A DNA stretch of 60,816 nucleotides from an uncultured Armatimonadia bacterium (GTDB lineage Bacteria > Armatimonadota > Zipacnadia > UBA1398): the NCBI GenBank assembly GCA_964598695.1, contig CAZRDB010000004.1:1-60816 (forward strand), read 5' to 3'. Within the stretch, counting starts at the first letter, position 1; each line of letters begins with the position of its first letter. Positions 12,101-19,732 of the stretch are shown here, piece by piece. Both the position numbers and the translations under genes were made by a program. The notes beneath the pieces are model-generated. The model did not search any database and was not told the DNA's origin. It was given only the letters and a program-made list of their open reading frames with translations.

Positions 12101-12187
12101 GACGACCCGCGCCAGCATGTAGAGCACCAGCACGACGAGGGCGATGCCGACCAGCCACTTGCGGAGGGGCGGTGAGATTCTGTCCAT
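9104..12187 (-). CDS. UPF0182 family integral membrane protein
   Basis: 1027 aa. The N-terminal polytopic region (MDRISPPLRKWLVGIALVVLVLY..., WFSQVGY) plus a large soluble domain matches my recollection of UPF0182/COG1615 proteins. Confidence 0.8.
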   Translation of the reverse strand: MDRISPPLRKWLVGIALVVLVLYMLARVVTEVLWFSQVGYTGVYTKILGSQILLSAVIGAVSFGAAFWNLRLARRKPKNPPTEVYIGQSSDDFIDKSMVEEHVDKGILIASIVVGAIFLLSSLGRARLLLEWSGSQSFGIADPQYGRDISFYVFRLPFYGWILHWLGSLAFLVTVLTGLMHFYENRVFLSARTLRIVPGACEHLAIAVGVVLILKALGYYLEQYALVLTSGPLFFGAGYTDLAIRLPLVRTLMVLCVAAAVVIYVLAKRDVDMRRVGYVLGALIAVGLLSRGVNLFVQGVIVTPDQQNKEAPYIQRAITATRQAFLLDDIQVRPYEIDDRLTLADLDRHKDTLDSVRLWDHRPLLSTYAQQEQITPYYTFTDVDVDRYEIAGRLRQVMIAPRELYFHGLPPEAKTWVNQRLTYTHGYGIAMSPVNEKTPEGWPHYFWSGIPPKKDATAIGEEMKLDQPGIYFGEFGVPETAHEDQRSRMPGPNAGSMGAAVPPTVGAMARPSGKQQQAPIPPLAPSEYVLVGGTTGGEGAELDYPMSDGNRKTTYAGKDGVRIGSAWRKLLFAIRFRDPKLFFTPLSPDSRVLMHRHIIERAQRICPYLAFDSDPYIMIDDQGGLKWVLDAYSYTNRYPYSAPAAFEYYGWRQSVPVNYARNSVKVVVDAYDGTVTFYRVDEQDPITACYAKLFPGLFRPASEIPEDVRRHLRFPRSMFLWQARGLEVYHMTDPSEFYTKEDQWARAREVFGTREPRAGGNAGGPGAPAGGGDSFSPGGWQSVPSEPYFVLLPDPDSGELQFMMIMPIARVSRPNMAAWMGAWWDEKAGRGRAMLYTFQKDSSIYGPMQVENRIDQDPVISQDLTLWNNQGSQVIRGNLIAVPIERTILWVEPIYIQGSQEPLPSLKKIVVVFGGRVGSEGMASSKVAMADTFDEAVRLALTKASEPADAKSGAKPTPAQPARPVTPPTESATGAASPETAGGATAEDQTLQRLDQFLSRSEDRRRQEIEEIKALRELLAGSGSVGR

Positions 12188-12223
12188 GGGTCCGTGTGTG
12201 CGGGAGCGAGCCTGTGGTGGGAC

Positions 12224-12814
12224 CTAGCCCGGAGGGGTGTCCTCGTCGAGCCCTGCATCGCGCATGATCTCGCGGAAGCGGTCCCAGCCGTCCTCGGGCG
12301 GCGCGTCACCGGCATCCCAGCCGGCCTCCGTCGCGACCCCGAAGGGACCCTCCTCCTCGCCCAGATCCTCCGCCGCCCACTCCTCGATCGTTGGGGCGCC
12401 GGCGCCCGCCTCCGCCTCGATCCAGCGTCCCGCCTCCTCCATCACGTCGGAGTCGACGTAGATGGGGACACGAGCGCGCAGGGCGAGAGCGATGGCGTCA
12501 CTGGAACGCGAGTCGATGCTGCGCTCCCTTCCTTCCTGTGTGATGTTGAGTTCGGCGTGAAAGGTGCCCTCGCGGAGTTCCGTGATGGTGACCGAAGTGA
12601 GACGGGCATCGAGGGCGTCGACGACGTGAGCCAGCAGGTCGTGGGTCATCGGGCGATCGAAGGCGCGCTGCTGCAGCTCGTAGTAGATCGCGAGCGCCTC
12701 CGGGATCCCGATCACGACCGGCAAGTAGCGCTGCCCGTCTTCCTCCCCAAGGATCAGGGATTGCCCCTGCGGGCCGGGGACGATGCTGAGAACCCGAACC
12801 TCGATCCGGTCCAT
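12224..12814 (-). CDS. bifunctional nuclease (BFN/DUF151) domain protein with acidic Trp-containing tail
   Basis: MDRIEVRVLSIV...YLPVVIGIPEALAIYYELQQRAFDRPMTHDLL...FHAELNI...IDSRSSDAIALALRARVPIYV is typical of DUF151. ATG 12814 is preferred because of a GGAGGG RBS 7 nt upstream. Confidence 0.75.
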   Translation of the reverse strand: MDRIEVRVLSIVPGPQGQSLILGEEDGQRYLPVVIGIPEALAIYYELQQRAFDRPMTHDLLAHVVDALDARLTSVTITELREGTFHAELNITQEGRERSIDSRSSDAIALALRARVPIYVDSDVMEEAGRWIEAEAGAGAPTIEEWAAEDLGEEEGPFGVATEAGWDAGDAPPEDGWDRFREIMRDAGLDEDTPPG

Positions 12815-13037
12815 CGAGTGCCCTCCGGGAAGGCGCAACAAGCCGGTCCCGGGCGGTCCACACGCCCGAGCCCACGGCGATGATTCGCCATAGCCATCAG
12901 TCGAACACTACCACAGGCTCCGGCACGGTGACAAGGACGCCCCGGCGGCTCAGCGCGCTCTCCCGCCGCCGCGAGGAGAGCCGACGCGGGCGGGCGAACC
13001 ACCCCGTGGGGTGGCCACGAGAGGGAGCCTGACACCG

Positions 13038-13931
13038 ATGGTCTTCCGAGCCTCGGCGCCGGTGCGTGTCGACCTCGCCGGCGCCTGGACCGACTGCCGT
13101 CCGTTCGCCGAGGCGTTCGGAGGCGCCACGCTGACCGCCGCGATCCGCCCGCGGATCGAGGGCACCTTCCGGCTCGAGGAGGAGGGCGCCCCCGGCGCGC
13201 GGCTCGAGTACCGCTCGCCCGTGCCCGTGGGGGCCGGCCTGGGCTCCTCGGCCGCCATGAACGTGGTCTGGCTCGCCCTCGTGCGCCAGGCCCCCATCAC
13301 CGACCTCGCCGAGCGCCTCGCCATCGCCGAACTGGCCTACGAGACCGAGCGGACGCTCGGGATCGTCGGTGGGAAGCAGGACCAGTATTCGTCCGCGTGC
13401 GGCGGACTGCGGCTCTACCGCTTCACGGGAGACAGCGTCGCCGCCGAGGAGATCGCGCTGCCGGACGGTACGCGCGATGCCCTCCGCGACCGCCTGCTGC
13501 TGTTCTACACGGGCCGCAGCAGGCTCTCCTCGCGGATCCACGTGGGAGTCTGGGAGCGGTTCGCGGCCGGCAGACGCGAGGTGGTGGACGCCCTGCTCGC
13601 GCTCCGGGACTCAGCCGAGGAGGCTCAGTGCGCGCTCAGGGAGGCCAACCTCGGGACCGTGGGGAAGATCCTCTCCCGCCAGACGGACCTCATGCTCGAT
13701 CTGTCCGATGCCACCCGCACCCCGGGCCTCGCGGACCTCGTCGGCCGGCTCGGGAGTTCGCTCCTCGGAGCCAAGCCGACCGGCGCCGGCGGCGGCGGCT
13801 GCGTGCTGGCGCTCGTGGACGAGCCGGCGTCCGGCGCGGCGCTCCGCGCCGAAGCGCGCGCGCTCGCCTGGCGGGAGATCCCGCTCGAGTGGGACGACCA
13901 GGGCCTCACGGCTGGCGAGGAGCCGGCCTGA
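13038..13931 (+). CDS. GHMP-family sugar kinase (HddA/fucokinase-like)
   Basis: N-terminus FRASAPVRVDLAGAWTD and GHMP motif II PVPVGAGLGSSAAMNV. Start at ATG 13038 is preceded by GAGGGAG. Confidence 0.8.
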   Translation: MVFRASAPVRVDLAGAWTDCRPFAEAFGGATLTAAIRPRIEGTFRLEEEGAPGARLEYRSPVPVGAGLGSSAAMNVVWLALVRQAPITDLAERLAIAELAYETERTLGIVGGKQDQYSSACGGLRLYRFTGDSVAAEEIALPDGTRDALRDRLLLFYTGRSRLSSRIHVGVWERFAAGRREVVDALLALRDSAEEAQCALREANLGTVGKILSRQTDLMLDLSDATRTPGLADLVGRLGSSLLGAKPTGAGGGGCVLALVDEPASGAALRAEARALAWREIPLEWDDQGLTAGEEPA

Positions 13932-13965
13932 CACACCCCCCTGCGGGGAGAGGGAAACGGAGACC

Positions 13966-14622
13966 ATGCCGATGCGCGCGATGACCATCCAGGGGAGCCC
14001 CCGGAGCGAGGGCTGCACGGGCACGCTGCTGCGCGAGATCGAGGAGGAGCTGGCGCTCCACGGGTTCGAGGTCGAGCACGTCGAGGCCCGAGACCTGGGG
14101 CTGGCGGGGTGCCGAGGCTGCGGCATGTGCCAGCGCAAGCCCGATGAGCCCGGCTGCGTCCAGAAGGACGGCGGCAACGAGTTCTTCGGACGCCTGGCGG
14201 GGGCCGACCTGATCCTGTTCGCCTCCCCGCTGTACTTCTGGGAGTTCACGGCGCAGCTCAAGAGCGTGATCGACCGAAGCCTGTGCCTCGCGACCGGCTA
14301 CATGACCGGCGCACACCGCTCGCTCGTGGAGGGCGGCCGGGTCGCGCTGCTGCTCACGTGCGGCGGCCCGGAGCGCGCGAACACCGACGAGATCCGCATG
14401 GTCTTCCGCCGCTATTCGGTCTTCCTGAAGGCGACGCACGCGGGCGAGCTGATCGTCCCCTTCTGCACCCAGTCCGACCAGCTCAAGCCGGGAGCCAAGG
14501 AGGCGGCGCGCCGCTTCGCGCGCAAGCTCGCGGGCGTCGAGCCGGAGGACGAGGAGGAACTCGAGGACGACGAGGCGATCGACGAGGAGGACGAGGGCGA
14601 GGGCGAGGGCGAGGAGGGGTAG
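13966..14622 (+). CDS. flavodoxin-like NAD(P)H-dependent FMN reductase / iron-sulfur flavoprotein family protein with acidic tail
   Basis: MTIQGSPRSEGCTGTLL...CRGCGMCQ...ADLILFASPLYFWEFTAQLK is typical of Isf/flavodoxin-family reductases. RBS GGGAAACGGAG lies before ATG 13966. The last 27 aa are almost all Asp/Glu/Gly. Confidence 0.7.
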   Translation: MPMRAMTIQGSPRSEGCTGTLLREIEEELALHGFEVEHVEARDLGLAGCRGCGMCQRKPDEPGCVQKDGGNEFFGRLAGADLILFASPLYFWEFTAQLKSVIDRSLCLATGYMTGAHRSLVEGGRVALLLTCGGPERANTDEIRMVFRRYSVFLKATHAGELIVPFCTQSDQLKPGAKEAARRFARKLAGVEPEDEEELEDDEAIDEEDEGEGEGEEG

Positions 14623-14637
14623 GGCCCGCGCCGGGCG

Positions 14638-15861
14638 CTACGGATCGTCCGTCGCGTCCTCCAGCGCCGACTCGCGGAAGAGCCCGCCCACGCCGTCCTC
14701 GAACGGGACGCACTGGGTCTCCCAGCCGGCGCGCTCACAGCGCAGGAGCGTCTCGTTCTCGAAGAGCCGGGCGAACGCGCTCGAGTGCGTGGTGACGACG
14801 ACCTGGAGCCCGTGGCCCTCGGTCGCTTCGCGCAGGATCGCGGCCAGCTCCCCGAGCCGGCGCGGGTGGACACTGGCCTCGGGCTCCTCCAGACCGACCA
14901 GCGTCGCTCCGGAACACGGGCTGATCGCCGCCAGCAGCGCGAGGATCCGCAGCGTCCCGGCCGAGGCGACCCGGACCGAGACGGGCCGGCCGTGCTCGAC
15001 GATCCGGAGCTGCAGCGCGCCCTCCCCGTCGGCCTGGACCTGAATGCCGTCGACGAAGGGCAGGAGCCGCCGCGCTCGCTCGGTCAGCAGGGCCAGCTCC
15101 CGCGGGCACTCCGAGGCGAGGTGGTGGAGGAAGGCCGTGAGTCCCCCGCCGGCCCCCCCGATCGGCTCCGTCGCGCCCGGCGCTCTGCCCTGCCGCACCT
15201 CGGCCGGCTCGAAGCGGTGGAGCCGCCAGCGGCCCAACTCCTCGCGCAAGGCCACGGCGTGCGGGAAGTGCGGCGGGTACAGCGGCTCGCAGACGATCGT
15301 CCGGTCGAGCCCCAGCTCATGGTAGTACGGGTGGCCGCCGCCCTCCCGCCGCAGGTGGAGGTGCTTCCCCTCGCGCTCGAGCAGGGCGTTCCGCGACGCT
15401 TTGGGTGTGCCATCCCGGCGGAGCGCCTCCAACCGTTCGTCGGACACACGAAGCCGGCCGGTGCGCGGGGGCATCTCGATCTCCAGGTGGTAGCGGAGGT
15501 AGGACTGGGCGATCACGGCCCCGGACCTGCCCTCGCCCATCGACTCCACCTGGCGCGTCACGCGGTCGCAGGTCGCGGGCGACAGCTCCACGTCGGCCTC
15601 GAAGAGCATCGTGAGGGGCGCCTCGGGGAAGACGCTCGCATCCTCCGCGCCGAAGTGGAACGACTCGTGGGGCCGGCCTCGGTGGCCGTCGAACGCGTTC
15701 AGCAGGGTCCGCTCATTGGTGAACCGCGCGAGCAGCCGCAGGCCGTCGAGGAGGTTGCTCTTGCCCGAGGCGTTCGCGCCCACGACGACGGTGAGCGGTC
15801 CCGGGCGCAGCTCGACATCGCGGAGGGTCTTGTACCCGACCAGGCGCACTCGGTGCAGCAT
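14638..15861 (-). CDS. soluble ABC-type (AAA_21/AAA_15-like) ATPase, no fused effector domain
   Basis: Walker A GANASGKSN, signature-like SAGTLRILALL, Walker B LVGLEEPEASVHP, H-loop VVVTTHSS. ATG 15861 (MLHRVRLVGYK) is preferred over the in-frame GTG at 15873. Confidence 0.75.
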   Translation of the reverse strand: MLHRVRLVGYKTLRDVELRPGPLTVVVGANASGKSNLLDGLRLLARFTNERTLLNAFDGHRGRPHESFHFGAEDASVFPEAPLTMLFEADVELSPATCDRVTRQVESMGEGRSGAVIAQSYLRYHLEIEMPPRTGRLRVSDERLEALRRDGTPKASRNALLEREGKHLHLRREGGGHPYYHELGLDRTIVCEPLYPPHFPHAVALREELGRWRLHRFEPAEVRQGRAPGATEPIGGAGGGLTAFLHHLASECPRELALLTERARRLLPFVDGIQVQADGEGALQLRIVEHGRPVSVRVASAGTLRILALLAAISPCSGATLVGLEEPEASVHPRRLGELAAILREATEGHGLQVVVTTHSSAFARLFENETLLRCERAGWETQCVPFEDGVGGLFRESALEDATDDP

Positions 15862-15888
15862 TGCTCGCGGCACCCCCTGCCGTGTTGT

Positions 15889-18162
15889 TCACCGGGCAAC
15901 GCCCGGGCGCCTGCATCCGGTCAGCAGCCCGGGCAGCCACAGGGCCACGAGCGCCGCGCCGCACAACGCGGTCTCCGGGAGCCCCCGTGCCGGGATCAGC
16001 AGGACCGCGCCCGCCAGGGCCCCACAGGCGGCCCCGAGGAGATCGGCGCCGTACAGAAGGCCGGCCCGCGCCGGGTTGCCGTCGAGGCCGCTCGCGGCCA
16101 CCGCCAGTGGGTAGGCGGCGCCGAGACAGGCGCCGAGCAGGAGCGCCCACCCGAGCACGGTCGCCTCGCCGAGCGCCATGCTCGCCGCGAACGCGCCCGA
16201 GACCGCCGGCACCAACAGGACACAGAGCAGAGCGCAGCCGCCGCCCGCCCACGCCAGCCCGCGCGCCGCGCGGTCGGGCTCCGAGGCTTCGCACCGCGCG
16301 AGGGGCGCCAGCCAGTGGCTCCCCACAGCCGTCCCGCCCAGCAGGAGCGCGAGGAGCAGCCCCACCCGCTCATAGACGTAGCCGTAGAGGGCCTGGTATG
16401 CCACCAACAGGACGATCTCGGCCGCCATCGTCGCGAAGGCGATGCTCGCGAGCATCGGGGCCGCGAGCCAACGCCCCCCCCGCCCGCGCGCCCGGACCCA
16501 CACGACCAGGCCGAGCGCGGCCGCCCCCGCCACGCCGGCGGCCCAGGGCAGCCGGTCGATGGCGGCCAAGGCCGCGCGGAGCCCACCCGAGACTCCGCCG
16601 CGCTCAGCGAGGCGGGCCCAGTAGGTGGTCGCGTGCATGGCGGCCACGGGATCGAGATCCCGGTTCAGCCGACCGTCGTACTCCTCCAGGCGGGCCCGGA
16701 GGGAGGCGATCCGCTGGCGGTCGAACTGGTCGCTCCACCGGACGGTCTCGGGGATCACCAGTCGGTTGTCGAGGTCGAGGGCCCGCAGGCGAGCGGCGAC
16801 GGCCTCGCGGCCGCTGCACAGCAAGGGCGCGGCCTCGCGGCGAGCGACGAATGTCAGGTGACTCCCGGGCAGTACGAGGACCTGCGCGAACGCGGAGCGG
16901 AGCGTCGCGAGGAGACAGCCCGCGAGGGCCGCCTCCTCGGCGCCGAGGACGTTCGCGTTGCCCGGGACGCTCAGCACGAGTACCCCGTCCGGCCGAAGCC
17001 GGCGCGCGGCCTCCGCGCAGAACTCGCGCGTGAACAGCCGGTTGCCCGCAAGCGAGGCGGGGGAGCCGGAGAGCACGAGGATCGCGTCATACGAGCCACC
17101 GACGTTCCGGACCGCTCGGCGGGCGTCACACGCCAAGAGGCGCACGCGCGGGTCGGAGAGCGGGGCCAGCCACTCGGCCGGCAGGAACAGCCGCGCGATC
17201 TCCACCCGGCGCGGGTCCAACTCAACCACGTCGACGGCGCGCGGGGCGTACTCGAGCACCTCACCCACCTCACCGGAGAGCGCGCCGCCGAGGAGCAGGA
17301 CGTTGCCGCCCGCGAGGGAGGTCGTGAGCAGCGGGTAGTGGATGTTCTCGGCCACCGCCTCCGAGGGCGCGGAGCACAGCAACTCACCGTTGTGGTGGAA
17401 GGAGCGCATCCCGTCGGCCTCGGTGACCACGAGGCTGCCCTGCGGGGTGTTGAAGGAGCCGACCACCCGCAGGCCTCGGCCGGCGCCGGCGGCCACGCTG
17501 TGCAGCTCCCACTCCGCAACCTGACGCCCGGCGAGGCTCGCGGCCAGGCAGCCGAAGCCGCAGGCGAGGGCCAATCCCGCGACGGCCGACCGGCGGAGCG
17601 TCGCCAGGGCGAGGAGCGCGAAGGCCGCGCTCCACAGGGCGACGCGCAGGTTGAGCGACTCGACGACGGGCCGCAGGCTGAGCGCCAGCCCGGCCAGCAG
17701 GTCGCCGAGCGCGATCCCGGTGTAGGCGTCGCGCGCGGGTGCGGGAGCCGACTCGAACGCGGCCACGACCAGCGGGAAGCCGAGGCCCCCCAGCAGCGCG
17801 AGCGGCCCCGCGATGGCAAGCGGGAAGAGGGCTGCGTGGGTCACGGAGGCCAGCTCGCCGGCGGCGAGCCCGCCCAGCAGCAGAGCGCGCGCGGCGCGGG
17901 CCCAGACAAGCCCCGCGGGAACGGCCAGCGCGAGGAGGCCGAGGAAGAGGAGCGTGGATCGGTCGGTACGGGCGCGACCCGGCAGCTTCCCGCCGAGCCA
18001 GGCCCCCAGGGCGGCTGCGAGGAGCCACTCCGCGAGGGTGATCCCGTAGACGAGTTCGCTGCCCCGCAGCGCGGCATGCACCTCGCGGAGGCACAGCACC
18101 TGGCAAGCCGTGGTCAGGAGGCCGTAGACCGTCGCGACGGTCCAGCGCGAGGTCGGGCGCAC
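15889..18162 (-). CDS. polytopic membrane protein with central spermidine-synthase-like (class I MTase fold) domain
   Basis: Hydrophobic N- and C-terminal thirds. The central part reads VLLLGGALSGEV...VDVVELDPRRVEIARLF...YDAILVLSGSPASLAGNRLFTREF...LRPDGVLV, resembling SpeE. GTG start with a GAGGGAGG RBS. Confidence 0.75.
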   Translation of the reverse strand: MRPTSRWTVATVYGLLTTACQVLCLREVHAALRGSELVYGITLAEWLLAAALGAWLGGKLPGRARTDRSTLLFLGLLALAVPAGLVWARAARALLLGGLAAGELASVTHAALFPLAIAGPLALLGGLGFPLVVAAFESAPAPARDAYTGIALGDLLAGLALSLRPVVESLNLRVALWSAAFALLALATLRRSAVAGLALACGFGCLAASLAGRQVAEWELHSVAAGAGRGLRVVGSFNTPQGSLVVTEADGMRSFHHNGELLCSAPSEAVAENIHYPLLTTSLAGGNVLLLGGALSGEVGEVLEYAPRAVDVVELDPRRVEIARLFLPAEWLAPLSDPRVRLLACDARRAVRNVGGSYDAILVLSGSPASLAGNRLFTREFCAEAARRLRPDGVLVLSVPGNANVLGAEEAALAGCLLATLRSAFAQVLVLPGSHLTFVARREAAPLLCSGREAVAARLRALDLDNRLVIPETVRWSDQFDRQRIASLRARLEEYDGRLNRDLDPVAAMHATTYWARLAERGGVSGGLRAALAAIDRLPWAAGVAGAAALGLVVWVRARGRGGRWLAAPMLASIAFATMAAEIVLLVAYQALYGYVYERVGLLLALLLGGTAVGSHWLAPLARCEASEPDRAARGLAWAGGGCALLCVLLVPAVSGAFAASMALGEATVLGWALLLGACLGAAYPLAVAASGLDGNPARAGLLYGADLLGAACGALAGAVLLIPARGLPETALCGAALVALWLPGLLTGCRRPGVAR

Positions 18163-18211
18163 AGCCAGCCTCCCTCAGCTCGGCCCTGCGGCCGCGGCGC
18201 TGCGCCTCGCC

Positions 18212-19675
18212 CTAGTGCTCGTGGCCGCCCTCGCCCCAGAACTCGCGCGCGGTAGCGCCCTCGAGCGCCTCCTTCGGCGCGGTCTCCAGCATCTCGAGCC
18301 GGCCCCAGCGGTTCGCGTTGTAGGCCATCCTCTGGAGCGCCTCGCGGCACTTCCAGCGGACGGCGGCCTCCGGGTCGAACGCCTCGGAGAGCACGACCCG
18401 CTGGACGATGTGGGCGACCTCGTCGGACTTGACGGCCGCTTTCCGCTCGTAGAGCCGACCCAGCGCCTCAGCGGCGCGGGCGCGCGCCTCCCACGAGGTC
18501 TCCGTGGTCTCGTCCATCTGGGCCAACAGCGTGTCGGTCGCCGCGGCCGAACGGAACAGACCGGCCGCCTCGGCTCCGCGCGCGCGGATCCGCTCGTTGG
18601 CCGACTTCATCATCCGCCGGCACACGCGCAGGACGATGTCCCGGTGCTCCTCGGGCAGCGCGTCGCGCTTGTACAGCAGTGCGAGACGCACCATGCCGAG
18701 AGCGGCGCTCGCACTGCCCCGCACCTCGCGGCCTTCGAGCGTCTCGGCGAACACGGGCAGCGCCCGCATGTCCTGAACCCAGGCGAGACCGAAGACGGCG
18801 GCTTCGCGCACATAGCCGTCGCCGTCGGAGCGCGCCGCCTTCGCCAGCGCTTCGATCGCGCGCGTGACCAACTCGTCGGAGGCGACGCCACCCTCCTCGG
18901 CGCCCTCGCTCTCCGACTCCTCGACCGATTCCGTCGTGATGAGGTTGGCGAGCGGGATGCCCTCCTTGAGGGCGGGGTCATCGGGATGGGCCAACGCATG
19001 GGCGAACCGGCCCACGCCGTGGGCCGCATACTCGCGCGTGAGCGCGTCGGAGTCGTTCTCGAGGGCGGTCAGCAGGGCCAGGAGCGAGGCGCGCGTCGGC
19101 GCGTTGGAGGACAGGGAGAGCGCGTTAGCCGCCTCGCGGCGGACGGTGGTGCTGCCGGCGGTCAGGAGGCGGATCAGCTCGAGACAGCCGGAGCGATGCT
19201 CGCGCAGGGCAAGGGCGGCGTTCGTACGCTCGCTGAGCGACTCACCCTCGAGCTTCGCGACGTGATCGGGGATCAGGGCCGCGAGCGCGCGGTCCGCGGC
19301 CTCCCCGTACTGCCGGACCTGCTCCTTGGCAGCGCGGCGCTGGGCCTCCATCGACTCCGGGCTGAGCGCGGGCGCCGTCGGCTTCCGCTCGATCTCCTCG
19401 GGTGGCAGTTCCTCTTCGTGCGCCATCGTGTCCGGGTCGGTGAGCTTGCCACGAATCTCGCGAACCTGGATGGAGAGCCCCAGAGCGGCCAGCAGCGTGA
19501 AGACGCCCAGCGCCGTCAGCGTGCTCGGGGCGACTCGGAAGGGGTACTTCCGCGTCGTGGCCGCGGCATGCTCCTGGAACAGCTGTACGCTCTCGTGGGG
19601 CCCGGTGGGGTCCGGCACGCGAGTCACCTCCATCAAGGGTCCGAGCGCGGCGTTCGCGCGTGGGCCGCCGCACAC
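18212..19675 (-). CDS. membrane-anchored HEAT-repeat protein
   Basis: One TM (LTALGVFTLLAALGLSI), then repeated HEAT-like units (VRREAANALS, VREAAVFGLA, ARAAEALGRL, VRWKCREALQ). The start is uncertain: GTG 19675 or ATG 19633. Confidence 0.6.
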   Translation of the reverse strand: MCGGPRANAALGPLMEVTRVPDPTGPHESVQLFQEHAAATTRKYPFRVAPSTLTALGVFTLLAALGLSIQVREIRGKLTDPDTMAHEEELPPEEIERKPTAPALSPESMEAQRRAAKEQVRQYGEAADRALAALIPDHVAKLEGESLSERTNAALALREHRSGCLELIRLLTAGSTTVRREAANALSLSSNAPTRASLLALLTALENDSDALTREYAAHGVGRFAHALAHPDDPALKEGIPLANLITTESVEESESEGAEEGGVASDELVTRAIEALAKAARSDGDGYVREAAVFGLAWVQDMRALPVFAETLEGREVRGSASAALGMVRLALLYKRDALPEEHRDIVLRVCRRMMKSANERIRARGAEAAGLFRSAAATDTLLAQMDETTETSWEARARAAEALGRLYERKAAVKSDEVAHIVQRVVLSEAFDPEAAVRWKCREALQRMAYNANRWGRLEMLETAPKEALEGATAREFWGEGGHEH

Positions 19676-19732
19676 TGTGCAACGGCCCCCTCGGTAGCGT
19701 CAAGGAGACAGTGCCCCCGAGGCCCCCGAACG

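Noticed and set aside
8891-12175. A 1094-aa plus-strand ORF. Similar very long ORFs occur at 14785..18255 (+), 18215..21154 (+), 20779..23544 (+), 36780..38906 (-), 46999..49635 (-), 1083..2852 (+), 28114..30240 (+) and 53119..54810 (+).
   Set aside because: All lie antisense to genes with clear family motifs. Their translations are Arg/Gly/Ala/Pro-rich with no recognisable motifs. Long stop-free antisense frames are expected in DNA this GC-rich.
12958-13014. Two short GC hairpins (CTCTCC...GGAGAG at 12958..12980; CCACCC-CGTG-GGGTGG at 12999..13014) in the 223-nt divergent region upstream of the GHMP kinase gene.
   Set aside because: Six-bp GC stems arise easily by chance in DNA this GC-rich, and they resemble no riboswitch class I know.
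14539-14622. Acidic low-complexity tail (EPEDEEELEDDEAIDEEDEGEGEGEEG) of the flavoprotein, including a (GAGGGC)x3 hexamer repeat.
   Set aside because: It is most simply a compositional C-terminal extension. No evidence for a separate feature or a phase-variable repeat.
14638-15861. AAA_21-type ATPase as part of an anti-phage defence system (Gabija, PARIS or Septu-like).
   Set aside because: No Toprim, HNH or other nuclease gene or domain is adjacent. The downstream neighbour is a convergent flavoprotein gene and the upstream neighbour is a membrane SpeE-like gene. It is kept as an open question in the findings rather than called a defence system.
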